Below, one piece after another: positions 1-16,700 of a DNA stretch of 64,000 nucleotides (positions are counted from its first letter, which is position 1; each line of letters begins with the position of its first letter). The stretch is from the human T2T-CHM13v2.0 reference genome, Homo sapiens. The stretch lies in the NCBI RefSeq assembly GCF_009914755.1, contig NC_060929.1; one strand, given 5' to 3'. The translations under genes and the position numbers were made by a program. The notes beneath the pieces were generated by a model. The model was not told where the DNA came from. It ran no database searches and saw nothing but the letters and a program-made list of their open reading frames with translations.

Positions 1-1212
1 TTCTTTCTAGAGTAGAAAATAACAGCAGAAGAATTCACAATAGTCTAGATACATTGCCATAGCCACAGATCCTGCCTTTTTTTCCAATTAGCAAAGGGTT
101 TCTCTGGGAACTAAATTACTATTCCTCATTCATCCATCTGCTTCCTTCCTCCTTGCATTCAGGGAAAGTATAAAAGTTACTTTGTACACAATACTAGACA
201 TGACAAGAAGTTGCCAAGATTTTCTAAACCAGCCCTTTAAAAGGGCTAGTATACCTTTTTTCCTTCATAAAAATTTAAACATGTTTTAACCGAACAATTT
301 CCAAAAACAGTTAATCATTTCCACATAGTATTTGCCAGCTTTTAAGCCTGCTTTTTAAATGTTCATGAGCCCAACTTATTTTTCTAGCTCCTTTGACTAC
401 AGAAGACCCTCTGAATGGTAAAAAGAAAAAGAAAACAAAACTTTTCTGCTCCGTTTTTCAACTTGGAGTAGACAAATTCTAATACCCTATGCACATGTCC
501 ACAGAGGGCTTTTCTTAGGCAATGACTGCATAATCAAACATATATTTTTCTTCTTTTGTTTTACAAAAAAAACTTTAATTTTTTTCTTCTTTGTACTCTA
601 AGAGTCAAAACTTCCCTACATGTGTTATGCTGATTGTTTTGTTACTCAAACAGAAAAAAACAGCATTTCTTTAAAATGTTTTTCATACAAGTAATTATAG
701 TACATTATACAGAATTAGGGAAATATATGGGGGGGAATCACCTAAAATTTTACCACCTTTTAAATCATTCTTAGCATTTTGATGTATTCCTACCAGTCTT
801 TTTTTTTCTGTACACCTACATCCGCACATAATCATACTGCAGATTCATTTTTGTGCTACGTGTTTTCCAGTTACAATAGCCTAGACATTTTCCATGTTAA
901 TGTACAGCGTTCATATCTATTTTTCTCATTAACTTCTTTCCATTCTTTAAGTCTTAGTGCAAAGGTCACACCTTTAATTAGCAATGCCTGTCTTAACATT
1001 TCAAACTAGGTCTGGTTCCCTTGTTATTTGCTTTTACAGAATCATATTCCTTTCCTATACAGCAATAACCAGAAGTGTAATGATTTCATCATCTGTCTTC
1101 CCCATAAGGTGTAAGCTCTATGAGAACCAAGACCATGTCTACCTACTTTTGCCTATCATTATGTAACCTGAACAAACCCTGGAACATAGTAGACACTCAC
1201 ATTTGACAAATA

Positions 1213-2383
1213 GAGTAATGGTCAGTTAATGATAGCGACACATTCTGAGAAATGTGTTGTCAGGTGATTTTGTCATTGTGCCATTGTAGAGGGTACTTAC
1301 ACAACCTAGATGGTATAGTCTACTACACACCTAGGCTATATGGTCTAGCCCATTGCTCCTAGTCTACCAATCCAGATAGCATGTTACTCTACTGACTACT
1401 GTAGGCAATTGTAACACAATGGTAAGTATTTGTGTATCTAAACATAGAAAAGGTACAGTAAAGATACAGTATGAAAGATTTTTAAAAGGGTCTACTTGTA
1501 TAGAGCACTTACCATGAATGTAGCCTGAAGGACTAGAAGTTGCTCTGGGTGAGTCAGTGAGTGAGAGGTGAGTGAATGTGAAGGCCTGGGACATTACTGT
1601 CCACTCCAGTAAACTTTATAAACATTGTATACTTAGGTTACACTAAATTTATTTTAAAATTTTTTCTTTCTTCAATCATAAATTAACCTTAGCTTATTAT
1701 AATTCTTTTACCTTATCAACTTTTTAATTTTAAAAAATTTTTTGACTTTTAATAACACATCTTAAAACATATGTTTTACAACTGTACAAAAATGTTTTCT
1801 TTATATACTTATTCTATGAGCCTTTTTCTATTTTTAGAGTTTTCTATTTTTATTGTTTTACTTTTTAAATGTTTTTGTTAAAAACTAAGACATGAACATA
1901 CACACTAGCTTAGGCCTACACAGGGTCAGGATCATCAATATCACTATCTTCCACTTCCATATCTTGTCCCATCAGGAGGTCTTCAGGGGCAATAACACAT
2001 ATGAAACTGTCATCTATTATGACAACAATGCCTTTCCCTGGAAAATCTCCTGAAGGATCAGCCTGAGGCTGTTTTACAGTTAACATTTTTTTTATAAGTA
2101 GAAGGAATACACTCTAAAATAACAATAAAAAGAGTATAGTAAATGCATAAAGCAGTAACATCATTATTCTTATCAAGTATTATATAGGGTACATATTATA
2201 TATGCTCTACTTTTATATGACTGCTTTGTTTACACCAGCATCCCCACAAACACATGAGTCATGCATTGCACTTTGACATCACTAGGCAATAGGAATTTTC
2301 ATCTCCACTGTAATCTTATGGAACCATGATCATATATGCAGTCTGTCATTGACCAAAAAAAATCATTAGGCAGTATAGGATTA
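1213..2383. mobile_element. Tigger3b-like (MER7 group) TcMar-Tigger non-autonomous DNA transposon
   Basis: Diagnostic Tigger3 sequence (acattctgagaaatgtgttgtcagg...cctagatggtatagtctactacacacctaggcta...aaacatagaaaaggtacagtaaa), about 1.2 kb, degenerate TIRs, TA at 1211-1212. Confidence 0.85.
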
Positions 2384-3049
2384 TATTTATTGAGATGCCA
2401 TTGTATGCCAACACATAAATTTTTTGAATGAGTAAATAAATAACCCTCATTTTCAATGGCCATTTGATAATCTATTCAATATATGTGATTATACTTTACT
2501 TAGCCAGTCCCCATATTGGACGTTTAGATTGTTTCCAATTTGTCAACATTATAATGCCTCAATGAGTATCTTTGTGCATGTAACATTTTAGTATTCCCAA
2601 TTTATTTTACAACTGTTTACCAGAAACAGAATTTCTGGATCAAAAGGCAAATATCTTATTATGGCTCTTGGTACGTAGTTCCAAATTGCTCTTCAAGTTA
2701 TGTTGTGACAAGCAGTGAAATGGTAGGCCAGTTTCCTTTCTCTATCTGTTTTGGGTATTTAAAAACGTTCTTGTTAAGTTACTAGTAGGCAAAGAATAAT
2801 TTATTGTTTTAATTTGCATTTTTAGTTATAGGCTGGATATTTTTCTTATGTTTATTATTTGCATTTCTATAAACTGTGTATAACAGTACCCTTTCTAATA
2901 CTGTCATGATGCTTCTAAGCTGAGAGGATGGACAAAATGAATGTGGTAAATAACGCATGAATATATTATATAAAAATTAATTTTAAAACATATACTTTTT
3001 CCGTAACTAATCAATAAATGAATCTGCATTTCCCATAGCAATTATATCC

Positions 3050-3790
<741 letters not shown>

Positions 3791-4228
3791 AAAAATTTTA
3801 TTGGTAACAATAAAGATGGATCTAGGGGAACTGCTACTAGTTTCTGCCATAGTAATGTAATACAGTTCAAATAACCTACAGATATAATTTATAGATCTTC
3901 ATCTTTAAACATCACAAATCTCATCAACTTCTAACCAGAGCTTACAGCAGATGCTATAGTGACTAGCTGATGGAAAAACAAAAACAAAAACAAAAACAAA
4001 AAAAACAGATCAGACTCACTTGCAAACTTCTTATTCTTGTTTAAATGCCCCTGCTGCAGCTAGACCATGCTTAGTTCTCTGAACATGTGCATATGAACCA
4101 AATCCTTCATCTCACAGATCTAGTCACTGTCTATTTCAACTTTTTTTCCTTTTCCTTTATGATATATCTTTTCTGTTGGGACAACTAGAAAATTCTAACA
4201 TATTGACATTTATTCATATTTATTGAAC

Positions 4229-4253
4229 ATATATATATATATATATATATATA
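4229..4253. repeat. (AT)n microsatellite
   Basis: Pure atatat run. Confidence 0.95.
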
Positions 4254-7200
4254 CCAGGCTAACAGGTAATTAGCGGAAAGAGAAAAAGGATGTGAATAAA
4301 TTCACAAATACAATAATGAGCTTTTAATTAAACATGATACTGCTTATAGCAACAGAAATTTGAAAAACACCCAAATAAGAAAGATACAGTTAAAGCATAA
4401 GATAGCCAAAACGGTAAAAATAATAATAAGAAGAAACGAACATTTTGTTATAAAACAAAAATACTGTAGATAAAGACATTAGCAGCTCTTATATATTTTC
4501 ATCTCATGTGTATTGTGTATACCATCATTTGACAACACAGAGGGCCTTTCTTTTTTCTTAACAATATTCAGCAAACATTAGGCATTCAGTAAAGACTACC
4601 AAATTATGAATGCAAATGAGCTCCCTCAAAAAAAAGTGTTGCATTGTAACCACTTCTCATATGCTACCTCCCTGAGGTGGCTCGGCTGGTGTGACTAACT
4701 CTTCTATGAGTTTTTAAGATTAACAAAAAAAGAGAGAATATTTTCACTGCCATAGATACGTATCAGTATATGGGATTTTTTTTGTTGTTGTTTAAGCTTG
4801 TTCTTTTTTGGTTTGACCCTGTAACCCTATTGCATCTCATAATGTAATATAAAATTGTAGACATCTTATGGTGTACCTATGCTGTCTCCTAAAAGAAAGA
4901 ATGTTGTTTGGTTACAGGAAAGAAATATCTTGATAATGTAGACTGTAGAAAATAGGATAATATTTTGAACCATTATTCCTTCTTTGTAATCACTATAAAA
5001 ATCAGTGAAAAGGGAAAAATAAATGGTAATTATTATTCTGCAGGGCAAATGGAGTTAACTGGAATTTATCCTATAGGATTATCAGTTTTAGTGAACTGTG
5101 ATGTCCTTAAAAGCCCCCAGGTGGCATTATAGCCTTGTTTTCCCTAAGTCATTTGTTTTCATATAGCACAGATCAGAATCCACTTTAACAAGAAATTCCG
5201 CTTACTCCAATGATAAATGTGAATATGAAAAATACTATTTTCTTAATTTGTTTATTTATTCATTTTGAGTAAGTTCTCTTCTGGAATAGCTACGAACTTA
5301 AAATATGTTTGGATTAAAATAAGATAAACCACTTTCCAAATTAAATAGTTTATAAACCAAACTTTCCCAAAAGAAGTTTCAAGGATACTACTTTCAGAAT
5401 CCAATAATATATGTCTAAATAAATATATATGAGCAGTACAAATTTAATTCCAAATGAATAATCTCAGTGAGAAGTAGTTTATTTGCAATTGTTACTAATT
5501 TTCTTCGCGACCTCCAATAAATTGTTAATTTTCTAAGACTCAGTTTCTCTAACGTTCAAAGCAAGAACACTACATTTATTAAACTGAAAAACACTTTCAA
5601 GGTCTTTAGCTAAGTGCTAGGAATAGGTAAGAAAAAAGAACTTTTCAGCTAATATCAAATAATATAATTTGTGTATTCAATAAATATAATTTCAGGTACT
5701 TGACCAGTATAATTCAATAATGAATTACTGTAATGAATACAAAAAGGAAAATAATTATTTATTAGGGTATTCTGCCTGGTTATTTATATTCAGTAAAATA
5801 AACTTGTTTAAATTACTCTCCTATATCCTTGCATACATAATGAGTTTTAATACTTAAACCTCCTATAAATTATTTTCAAAGTATGTAAGACCAAACTTAT
5901 CAAACTATACTTGAGCAGTAGACACCATAATCAATTATACTGTATGACTTTCTAAGGACGTTATTTTTGTATTCACTGTATTTACTAAATAATCAACATG
6001 GTAATTAAATTGTAAGTTCAGGTTGTAATTTATCTCCAAGTATTTAGTCTTTATTTTTTTCAAATTTAATCTACCCACTGCTCTAGCAAATTATCTTTAA
6101 CAAAATATACTAAGAGTTCAAACAAAATTATATTTATTGTGAAGTAATTATTTAATATTAGACCTGAAAATAGTTTCTTGTGAAACTTGTACCAGGTTTT
6201 AAACTTTTTATTCTAAAAAAAACCACCTTGGTTTGCATTTAAGTTGAATAATTAAAAATATTTTTTAAAAATCATGTATTTTTCATCTTTATTAAAATTA
6301 GTTTAAGTGTTTATGTTAAATGTGAAGTCCATTTTAAAATTATTTCAATTCTAGGCATGTACTTAAATTTTTTCATGAATTTTTCCTTATAACTTTCATA
6401 TAAACACACACAGGAAGGCTACTAGATTCAAAGCTCCAGAAGGTTAATTAATCTAAGCCCTTGGATTGCTCATTGAAAATATTTTTTTAAATTATTCTTA
6501 ATAAAATATATTATTTCAATGTATTTTCCCAGTATGTTAAAATTTTGTATTTTTTGTAAGTAAAAGAAAAACACCTAAAAAATGTTTTTAGGCCTCTAAG
6601 TTACTCTCCTCATATTATTTGCAGAGGGCACACAGCCTAACTGGGAAAAATTGCACAATTAGAGACCTAACATTCAGATGAGAATGCCACGATGATCATG
6701 TATCTTGCCCTTTTGGTGTAAGATCACTCTCTGACAGAGTTCCAGGCCCATTTAGAATGGATTGATTAAATAAAATTAATTTGCTAAATTAGAAACTACA
6801 GCTGTAACTTGAAAAAGGGTCTACGCTAATAAACGTGCATTGACAGTATTTTTGTAATCTCTTTAGAACCATTATTCTAAAGTCCAAATGATTCTATGCT
6901 ATGATTGATAATTACTTGTATCTAAAGATCTTTAAGATCTTTTCCAGCATTAACCCATTAATTTTCACACTTTCTCTGTGAGGCAGTAGGATGTAAGTAC
7001 GGTTAGTTTGATTTTCCACATGAGGAAACCAAATCATCAAGAAATGAACTTGCTAGAAGTCACACAAGCAACACCAACAAATGAAACAGAGCTCAAAGAC
7101 CTGACACCGCATTGAACAAGGAGGTGCCTTATACACTGGTATATGCAGAATGACCATCTCTATCACCAAATTTACTAGCTTTATCCTCGTAAAATTGAGC

Positions 7201-7697
7201 CTTGCTTGACATTCTCCCTGCAAACTCCTCCTCAGCTGCTCATCCACCCTGAAAATGAACTTCCTTTCAGATCTGAACCCCATAAAGCTGAAGGTCACTT
7301 TGCCCTGTTCCCAATTATTACAGAGTACATTATAGCTGTTAAAGAGTTACTTGTAGGTAAGTAGGTTCAGATTATGCTTGTGCAGATTATGCTAGGTATT
7401 ATTTAACCTATCAAGACCTAGAAATAGACTTTATTTTATACAGGGCCGAAAACTAGGTTTGATAATGAATGGAATTTGGAGTCTGACAAATTTGCTCTTC
7501 AGCCGTCATAAGTATCTGAAAACATTCCTCCAGGACATCTTACTGGCAGCAACTCATTACTACCACCTGAGTTTCTCATCCTCGGCCCCTGACCTTCGGG
7601 AAGCCTATATGCCAGGAGACTGGCAACCCAAATAAGTCTCGCCCAAATAAGTTGGTATTGCCCCAGGTACCCTTGTCTCCTAAGGTTCCTTTTAAGC

Positions 7698-8039
7698 CAG
7701 CAGTCCCCAACCTTTTTGGCACCAGGGATTGGTTTCATGGAAGACAATTTTTCCATGCTGGGGGTGGGTGGGGGATGATTTGGGGATAAAACTGTTCCAC
7801 CTCAGATCATCAGGCACTAGTTAGATTCTCATAAGGAGCATGCAACCTATATACCTCGCATGCGCAGTTCACAATAGGGTTTGAGCTCCTGTGAGAATCT
7901 AATGCCGAGGCTGATCTGACAGGAGGCGGAGCTCAGGCAGTAATGCCGGCTCCCATGCCACTCACCTCCTGCTGTGCAGCCCGGTTCCTAACAGCAGGGT
8001 ACCGGTACCGGTCTGTGGCCTTGGGGTTGGAGACTCCTA
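7698..8039. mobile_element. MER1B hAT-Charlie DNA transposon
   Basis: Starts cagcagtccccaacctttttggcaccaggga, ends ggggttggagactccta (TIRs), about 340 bp, internal gttagattctcataaggagc. Confidence 0.9.
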
Positions 8040-8155
8040 CTTAAAGGTAAGAAAATACTTTGTTTCCCTAGATGATTATGGTGAAAATTGCCTATCTGCC
8101 CAATGAAAATATTATACCAAAACTCAAACATTAATTCCAAGTGATTAATTTTTGA

Positions 8156-8510
8156 GGTCCACAATCCCTTATCCATAATTCCAAAAATTCAAAAGGCTCT
8201 CAAAATGGACATCTTTCTATAAAGTACTTGGTGGCAAAGCCTCACCTGACCTGACCACATTTTATGGCGAAACCTAACCTAAACTGACTAGAGGCTTTTT
8301 ACAGTCTTGACTGATCACATTCCATGAGAATAATCACACATTTTACTGCAGAAATATTAATTTATGTGATTATGTCTGCCATGCTGCCCCCAGAAGGGTA
8401 TATTACCTTATTAATAGCATATGTACACCACTATCTTTATAAACTCGAAAAAATTCTGAGTTCTGGAATGTATCTGGTACCAAGGATTTCTGTTAAGATG
8501 CTGTGAGTCT
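8156..8510. mobile_element. MER96B-like hAT DNA transposon
   Basis: aggtccacaatcccttatcc left end; right end aaaattctgagttctggaatgtatctggtaccaagg resembles the reverse complement of the recalled consensus. Confidence 0.65.
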
Positions 8511-8954
8511 TTTAAGCCGTAGGTCTTTAGTCTTCAGGCTCTAAGACTTCAGCTTGAATCCTGGTTGCACCTACTAGCTTAGTAATGGGATGAATCACAT
8601 GGTTCCTCATAAGTCTGAAACAATTGCAGGAGTTTTTCCTAGAAGAATCAATGGAACTTCATGACCAATAGGTGACTAAAACATCAGAGGTGAAGTTAGG
8701 AAGGGACACTGACTTTGATATGCTTTCAAGTTCACACCTGTTTGTATTTAAGGGAACCTGTGAGGACGCCGTCCAGGCAGATGTACAGATAGGCTGTGGC
8801 TCTATGTGGTCCAGAAGTAAGAGCTATGGAGTTGAGGAAAACAAGACTGAAAATGGAAACTTTGAGACAGCAGCGATTTCTGCAGAAAAAGCCTTGAGGA
8901 AGATAGCCCCAAAGAATGCCAGGGAAGAAGGAATCTTTAAAAGAAACGGAAAGA

Positions 8955-9320
<366 letters not shown>

Positions 9321-9565
9321 TCACGAGTTCTCCAAAGGGGGCAACTATAAAAATTAAATGCTAGAAAAAAAGAGTAGGGAGTATGAGGTGTTTGAGCAAG
9401 GACCAAATGTTTTGACCAGAAAGGAGCCACTGAAGATTTTGAAAGTGTAGTTTCAGTAAAAACAACACGGGATTAAAGAAAGGATGTGTAATGTGTGGTG
9501 AGAAAATGAAGGTAACAGGTGCAGAGCATTCCTTTGAAAAGGAATACAAGCAACTGTAAAAGTCA

Positions 9566-9928
<363 letters not shown>

Positions 9929-10900
9929 TTAGAATAATATAACTTTTCACTCCTTAATAATTTTTATATTTACCAAGTGCTTGGTAAATTCTACTTTACA
10001 ACTTTTCTGAGGGGAAATAATTATTTCTATTTTACAAACAAAGGAGTAAAGGGAGAGAGTTTACGTGCTTTGCTTGTTACTGTTATTCCTACTTTCAAGG
10101 CCTTTACTGATTACCTACTATATTCAGTAAAGTATACTAGTGCCACACCTATAGTGCCTCACACTGATCAGTGCTTAATTTTTTTTTTTCAAGTAAGCTG
10201 AGTTAGAAATATATTTGGGTTTAGTAAGTGTCACTTCAGGCAACACAGATACCTGGAATACCAGGCTCTTTTTTAGTTTAACAATCTTGCCAACGATGAG
10301 AAATGGATTTGAATACACCCATAACCATGCCGAAAAGAAAAAGTGACTATAAAGAATAAATATCAAATTGAGAGTTCAATAAGACAATTTTGAACTTTGA
10401 ATATTGACTGCATTGACTGAAGTAAATGCCCACTCACTTGAAAGCTAAGAAAATGAGAAAGAAAAAAGCCAGACTTGAATGAACTAAGAGGATTTGAATT
10501 ATCTGATCCTTTTATTAAAGAGAAAGGGAGCATCTAGTTACCTAGGGAATTGACAAATGTTTCAAATTATCTTCCCTTTAATAAGAAAACAATCTTATAT
10601 ACGCTGACTATGATTTTTCTAAACGTGTTTTCTAATACTTTTTATAAATTATATTTCAGTCTAAAACAACAGTGTTCATGTGTTCACAACAGGGACAAAA
10701 CAATCAAGTTAGTCCTAAAGAAAATATGACAGATTTTCCCCCAGAGCTTTACTGAGGTGTAGTTAACAAATAAAAATATGACAGTTTAAAAATAGAATCG
10801 GTAACTTGCTTTCTTTTATTATTACATTGGGAATTTTATATGTCTTAGGTCAGCACAACTTGGGCATTTTCTACCAAAGTACTATGGAAATAATAAATCA

Positions 10901-11200
10901 GGCCAAGTGCGGTGGCACACACCTGTAATCCCAGCACTTTGGGAGGCTGAGGCAGCAGGATAGCTTGAGGCCAGGAGTTCAAGACCAGCCTGTGCAACAT
11001 AGTGAGACCCTATCTTGGCAGAAAAAACAAACAAACATTAGCTGAGAGTGGTGGTGTGTGCCTGTAGTCTTAGCTACTTGGGAGGCTGAAATGGGAGAAT
11101 CGCTTGAGCCCAAGAATTTGAGGCTGCAGTGAGCTATAACTGGGCTACTGCACTTCAGCCTGGGTGACAGAGCCAGATCCTGTCTCCAAATAAATAGATA
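10901..11200 (+). mobile_element. AluJ
   Basis: ggatagcttgaggccaggagttc and gaggctgcagtgagcta are AluJ-type positions. Confidence 0.92.
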
Positions 11201-13719
11201 AGACACAATTTTTTTTTTGTCTTCCTCAAGGCTTTTTCTGTGAAGCTGTCTCAAAGGTTCCATTTTCAGTCTAGTTTTCCTCAACTCCATAGCTCTTACT
11301 TCTGCTCCCCGCAGAACCACAGCCTATCTGTATATCTGCCTGGTTGGCATCCTCACAGGTTATCTCAAATACAAATACCTAAATAAATCACTGACCTAGG
11401 AGTTGAGGTGGAGAGGACAGTCTTAGCCTAGAAGATTCTCAGAAATCTCAAGGTCTAGCTTAGGCTTTTGTGTTCATTGAACATTTTACTCCAAAATATA
11501 TCTGAATTTGTTTTAATATAAAATAATGCTTCGTTTGCCAATTACATTACATTTCCCTAAATATTTGCAGAAAATCAGTCCTCTGGAGGATGCACCACAA
11601 TTCACCTATGGCTTCCCCAGCCTCCTGCACCCTCAGCCCTAGTTTTAAAACTACAGCTAAATGAATTTTGATGATGAGGGGAGGACATAACTTAATGCTT
11701 TCTGATCAAATGAATCCTGCTGAAGATTATTGAAGAGGGTAGAATAAGACAACAGAGAAAGTGAGTGGGTGTGCAATAAGAATGTACCCCATTGAAGAGC
11801 CAAAGCTTCCTAAACTTCATAGTAAAAATGAATTCATATTCTTTTCATTATATTCCATGAAATTAAATTAAATGTCACAAATTATTTTAGTTTATTTTAA
11901 TTCATTCATCCATTCATTCACTCAGCAATTAATATTTTGTATGCCCCTTCACATGCCAGACTGTGTCCTAGGTACTTAAGGATACAAAAATGAAATAGAA
12001 GTTCCTACCTTGAAGCACTCACAGTCTGTGTGAAGGTACATGCAGTGAGACAGAATAGGAGCTGCAAACATAACTGTACATAGTGGGCACAGAGAGACCA
12101 ACTCTTTCTAGGGATGCTGGCAGAAAACAGGAACCACAAAAAAAATGTAAATAGTGGCTGAGCTGGGTTATTAAATTGGGGTTTAGGGAAGATCTAGACT
12201 TTTGATCCCTCAGCCCTCTTCCTTCACCTTGCAGGGATTCCTTAAGACCACTAAAATTTGGAGGGGTGCAATCTGAAACCTAGTGTCTTGTATATGTTCC
12301 CAATTCCAAGAAACAAAAGATTCCAAGGGCAGTACATTCAGACCTATAGGTAATAAGACCTAGAAAAAGACTTTTGAGCTCATTTAGGACAATGCCCCAT
12401 CTTAGAAACAAAAAAATAGCCCAAGGCCCGGAGAGGTGTAAAGATAGTGCCAAAGGAGTGGAGCTCATTAGTGGCAGCTTGAAGCCTGTAACCAAGCTTG
12501 TGCCCATTCCACTGCAACACACGCCAGCACCACCCTTAGCATTCTGTGCTTCATTTTCTAGCCTTTAGTCAGTTGAAAAATATACATAAAATTTTATCCA
12601 TCATGAAAATATTTAAATGTGTTAACATTAAGAATATATAGTGCTTTTCTAACAATATTTTATTCCTTACAAAAAATTATTATAAATTTTAACTATACAC
12701 TAAAATAGAGGAAATAGTATAAGACATTCTCATACTACCTATTGATTAAATTCAATAGCTTTTAACATTTTGGCACACTTGTTTTATCCCTCTTTTTGTT
12801 CTTTCTTTTTCTTTGTTACTGCAAATATTTTAAGGCAAATTTCTGACATTATGTCTACGTCATTTCAACCTTAAATACTTCTGTGTGTTCTCTAAAAAAT
12901 AAGGACTTTTTTTTTTTACTACAATGTGGTCACAGCTACAAAATTAACAATGATCCCTTAATATCATCTAATAACCAATGTTCAAGTTTCCTTATTTGTC
13001 TCAAAAATATCTTTTTACATTTATTTTAGTCATTTTAAATATGTATTTCTATTTTACTGCAAAGTAGTATTCTATATTTGGATTCAGCAATCCAATTTTT
13101 CTTGCTTTTTATAAACTTCTATTCTGAACTGGTACCTTAGTTACAAGGGCCTTACATATAAGTCATTAAATTCAGGCACACCTACCTAATCCTGACCCCA
13201 GCCATAATATATTTTTAACACTTCAATGATTACTACAGATATCCTTCCTGCTTTTTCACCCCAATACACACAAGCTATGACTCCCTCATTACTTTCTCCA
13301 GTCTATTAAAATTACATAAAATTCCATTAAAAAGGCCTTTTTATATCACAGATAAAATCACACTTGCTATATATACAGTGATTGTGATTCATACAGCTGT
13401 AATTATAATTCAATAAATCTAGATATTTTCTTGCTCCATCAATGCTAACGTGATGATTGGGTTTGGCTGTACTCAAAATTTGATATGGCTCCTTTCTTAG
13501 CCAGTGCTTCCAATAGCTATCCCATATGGAATCTAGTTTATTTGAATTTCAGCTTGAAACCACATCTACTGTCTCTTTCCACATCTATGGAATCTTTTTA
13601 AACAAAAATGCAAATTTTCTCTATACTTATGACATACCTAGAAAATTTGAGCCCATAGTAAATATCTCAGAAAGGCCATCCCATTAGCCTAAGTTTAGTA
13701 AAAGCCAAATTCCAAGACC

Positions 13720-16700
13720 TCCTAGCAAAGCAGAAATACCAGTAATTGCGATAAATAAATATTAGTGGACTCAATACTCTAGTGAAAACATAGACTGTCA
13801 GGCCAGATTTTTAAAAAAAATCTAATTCTGTATTGTTCAAAAAAGATACACATTAAGAAGGATTTTACAGTATTAAAAGTGAAAGGAAAGAAAAACATAC
13901 ACCATGCAAACATCTACAAAGAGGAAGCTGATATATCTGTAGTAATATCAAGCAGTCATATTTAAGGCAAAAAAGCAATATTAGAGACAGAAAGGAATAC
14001 TTCATAATAATAAAGAACCCAATTCATACAAAAGATATAATAATGATAAATTTGTAGGCACTTAATAATGTGAACTCAAATATATAAAGCAAATGTTACA
14101 GGACTAGAGGTAGAAACAGAGAAACCTACAATCATGAATAGAAGCTGATAGAATACACAGACTATACAATTTAAACAGAAGAAGAAGAAACTTGACCTGA
14201 TTGATATAAATGGAATATTGTGCCCCAAAACTAAAATGCATATTGAGTTTGTTAAAAATTTCATTTTCAAAAATTGAGCATGTGTTGCAAAGCAAGTCTC
14301 CACGAATTTCAAAGAACTGATATGAGACAGAGTATGTTCTCTGACTACAATGTATCTAGGCTAAATGTCAATATTTTTTAAAACTTTAATATTTCCATCT
14401 ATGTGGAAAATAAGAAATCTACCTCTAAATGATATAACAGCCAAAGAAAAAGTCATGGAAAATATTTTGAACTGAAAATTCAAAATATCAAAACTTGTAA
14501 GGCGTAGTTTAAAGGAATACTTTAGGAGAAATGTACACCATTAAATGCACACTAGAAAAGAAGTAAAACTAAAAATTAATGAGGTAAGTATTAGTCACAA
14601 GAAGTTAGGAAAAGCACAGCAAATTAAAGTCAAAATAGGAAGAAAATAATAAAGATTATATCGAAATTAGTAAAACATTAAAAAATCTTACAACAGAGGT
14701 TCAATAAAGCAAAATTAGGTAAATTGAAAACACTATTAAAGTTGATAATTGTATGGTAAGAATGACCAAGGCAGGAAGAGAGAGAAGGCAGAGATTTACA
14801 ACACATATATAGAAAAGAATAAATTACTACATATACCAACTATTAAAACAATATTAAGAGGTGGCTACTAACAACTTTATGACAATAAATTAAAATTTTA
14901 GATAAAACAAACTTCTTAGAAAATACAATTTACCAAAATGACACAAGAAGTAGAAAATCTAAACAGCTCATTAACTATTAAAAGAACATTAAATCCACCA
15001 AGGAAGCTTCAGGCCAGGTGGCTTCCCAGGCTAATTCCACCAAACAGTCAAGGAAGAAATAATGTCAATCTTACATAACACTTCCAGAAAATAGGAAAAT
15101 GAAGACTATCATTCAACTTCTTCTGTGAGCCTAAAATAAGCTTAATAGCAAAGCCTGACAAGAACATTTTGAAAAAGAAAAATTACTAGCCAACCTCATT
15201 CATGTACATAATTTAGAAATGCCAAACATAAAATATTAGCAAGTAAAATTCAACAACACATGGAAAGAATAACATAATATGAGCAAGGCATGTTTACTAC
15301 AGAAATGCAAGGCTGTACTAACACACTAAAACCAATCCATAAAATTCAGAGCATTAACACAATAAAAGAGAAAAATCATATTATCATTTTGATAGAGAAA
15401 AATTACCTGACAAAATTCGATATCTCATCATTATTTTTTTAAAAAAGAACTTTCAGCAAACTACAATTAGAAGTGAACTTGCTTAATCTGATAAAGATTA
15501 TTTATTTAAAAACCTATAGCATTATACTTAATGAAATATTGATAGCTTTCCCTCAAAATGTAGAATGAGATAAGAATGCCCACTGTCATTTCTTCTATCA
15601 ACTTTGTACTGAACTTTGTACTGTACCAGTACAATAAGGCAAGAAAAAAATTAAAATGTATAAGAATTGGAAAGAAAGAGATAAAACTGTCATATTCATA
15701 GCTGACATGTATAATGGCATACATATAAAATACAAAATAATCTACAGAAAAAATATTAGATATCAAAAGCAATTTTAGTAAAGTTGCTGACTACAAAGTC
15801 AATAAACAAAATCAATTTATTTCTATATACCAACAACAAATAAACAAATAGACACTTTAAGATGCCATTTATAAAGAACATCAAAAAAAGCAAACAAGAA
15901 TAAATCTAAAAACTTGTAAACCTCTACACAGAGAAACGCTAAACTATTACTGATAAAAAAAACTTTAAAGGTTTAAATAAATGGAGAGATACACCACGTT
16001 CATGGATTCAGAGGCTCAAAATTATAAAGATGTCAATTCTCCCCCAAACTGATACAGAGAAACAATAAAACCACAATCAAAACCCCAAATTTTCTTAAAA
16101 CTTTACGAGTTGATTATAATATTTTAATGAAAATGCAAAGTGCCAAGATTAGCCAAGACAATCTTGGAAAAGAACAACAAAGTGAGAAGACTTGCTTTAT
16201 CATATATCAAAATTTATTATAAACCTACAGAATTAAGTCAATGTGGTATTGGTATGAAGACAGACCAACAGATCAATGAGAGAAAATGGAGAGTTAAGAA
16301 GCAAATCCAGGCATAAATGAATACATGGTTTATGAAAAATAGCAGCTCATAGAATGGTGGGGAAATAGTGATCTTTAAAAGATAAATGGTTCTGGAAAAA
16401 TTGTATATTCATATGGAAAAAATAAATTTTTGCTGCTTCTTTATACGATGTACCAAAATTAGTTTCAAGTGATTTGTAGACCTAAGCACAAAAAACAAAA
16501 CAAATAAATATTTTAGTTGGCAGCATGGGATAATATTAGTTTGGAAAACACTAACCATAGAAATGACTGATACATCTTACATATGTGTCATAAAGGCTTC
16601 TCTCAAGATACAGAAAGGAATAAAGCAATAAGAAAAAGCCAGTCACATACAAAATGAGAGAGAAAGAAAGATGCTCAACATCATTAGTCATCAATGCAAA

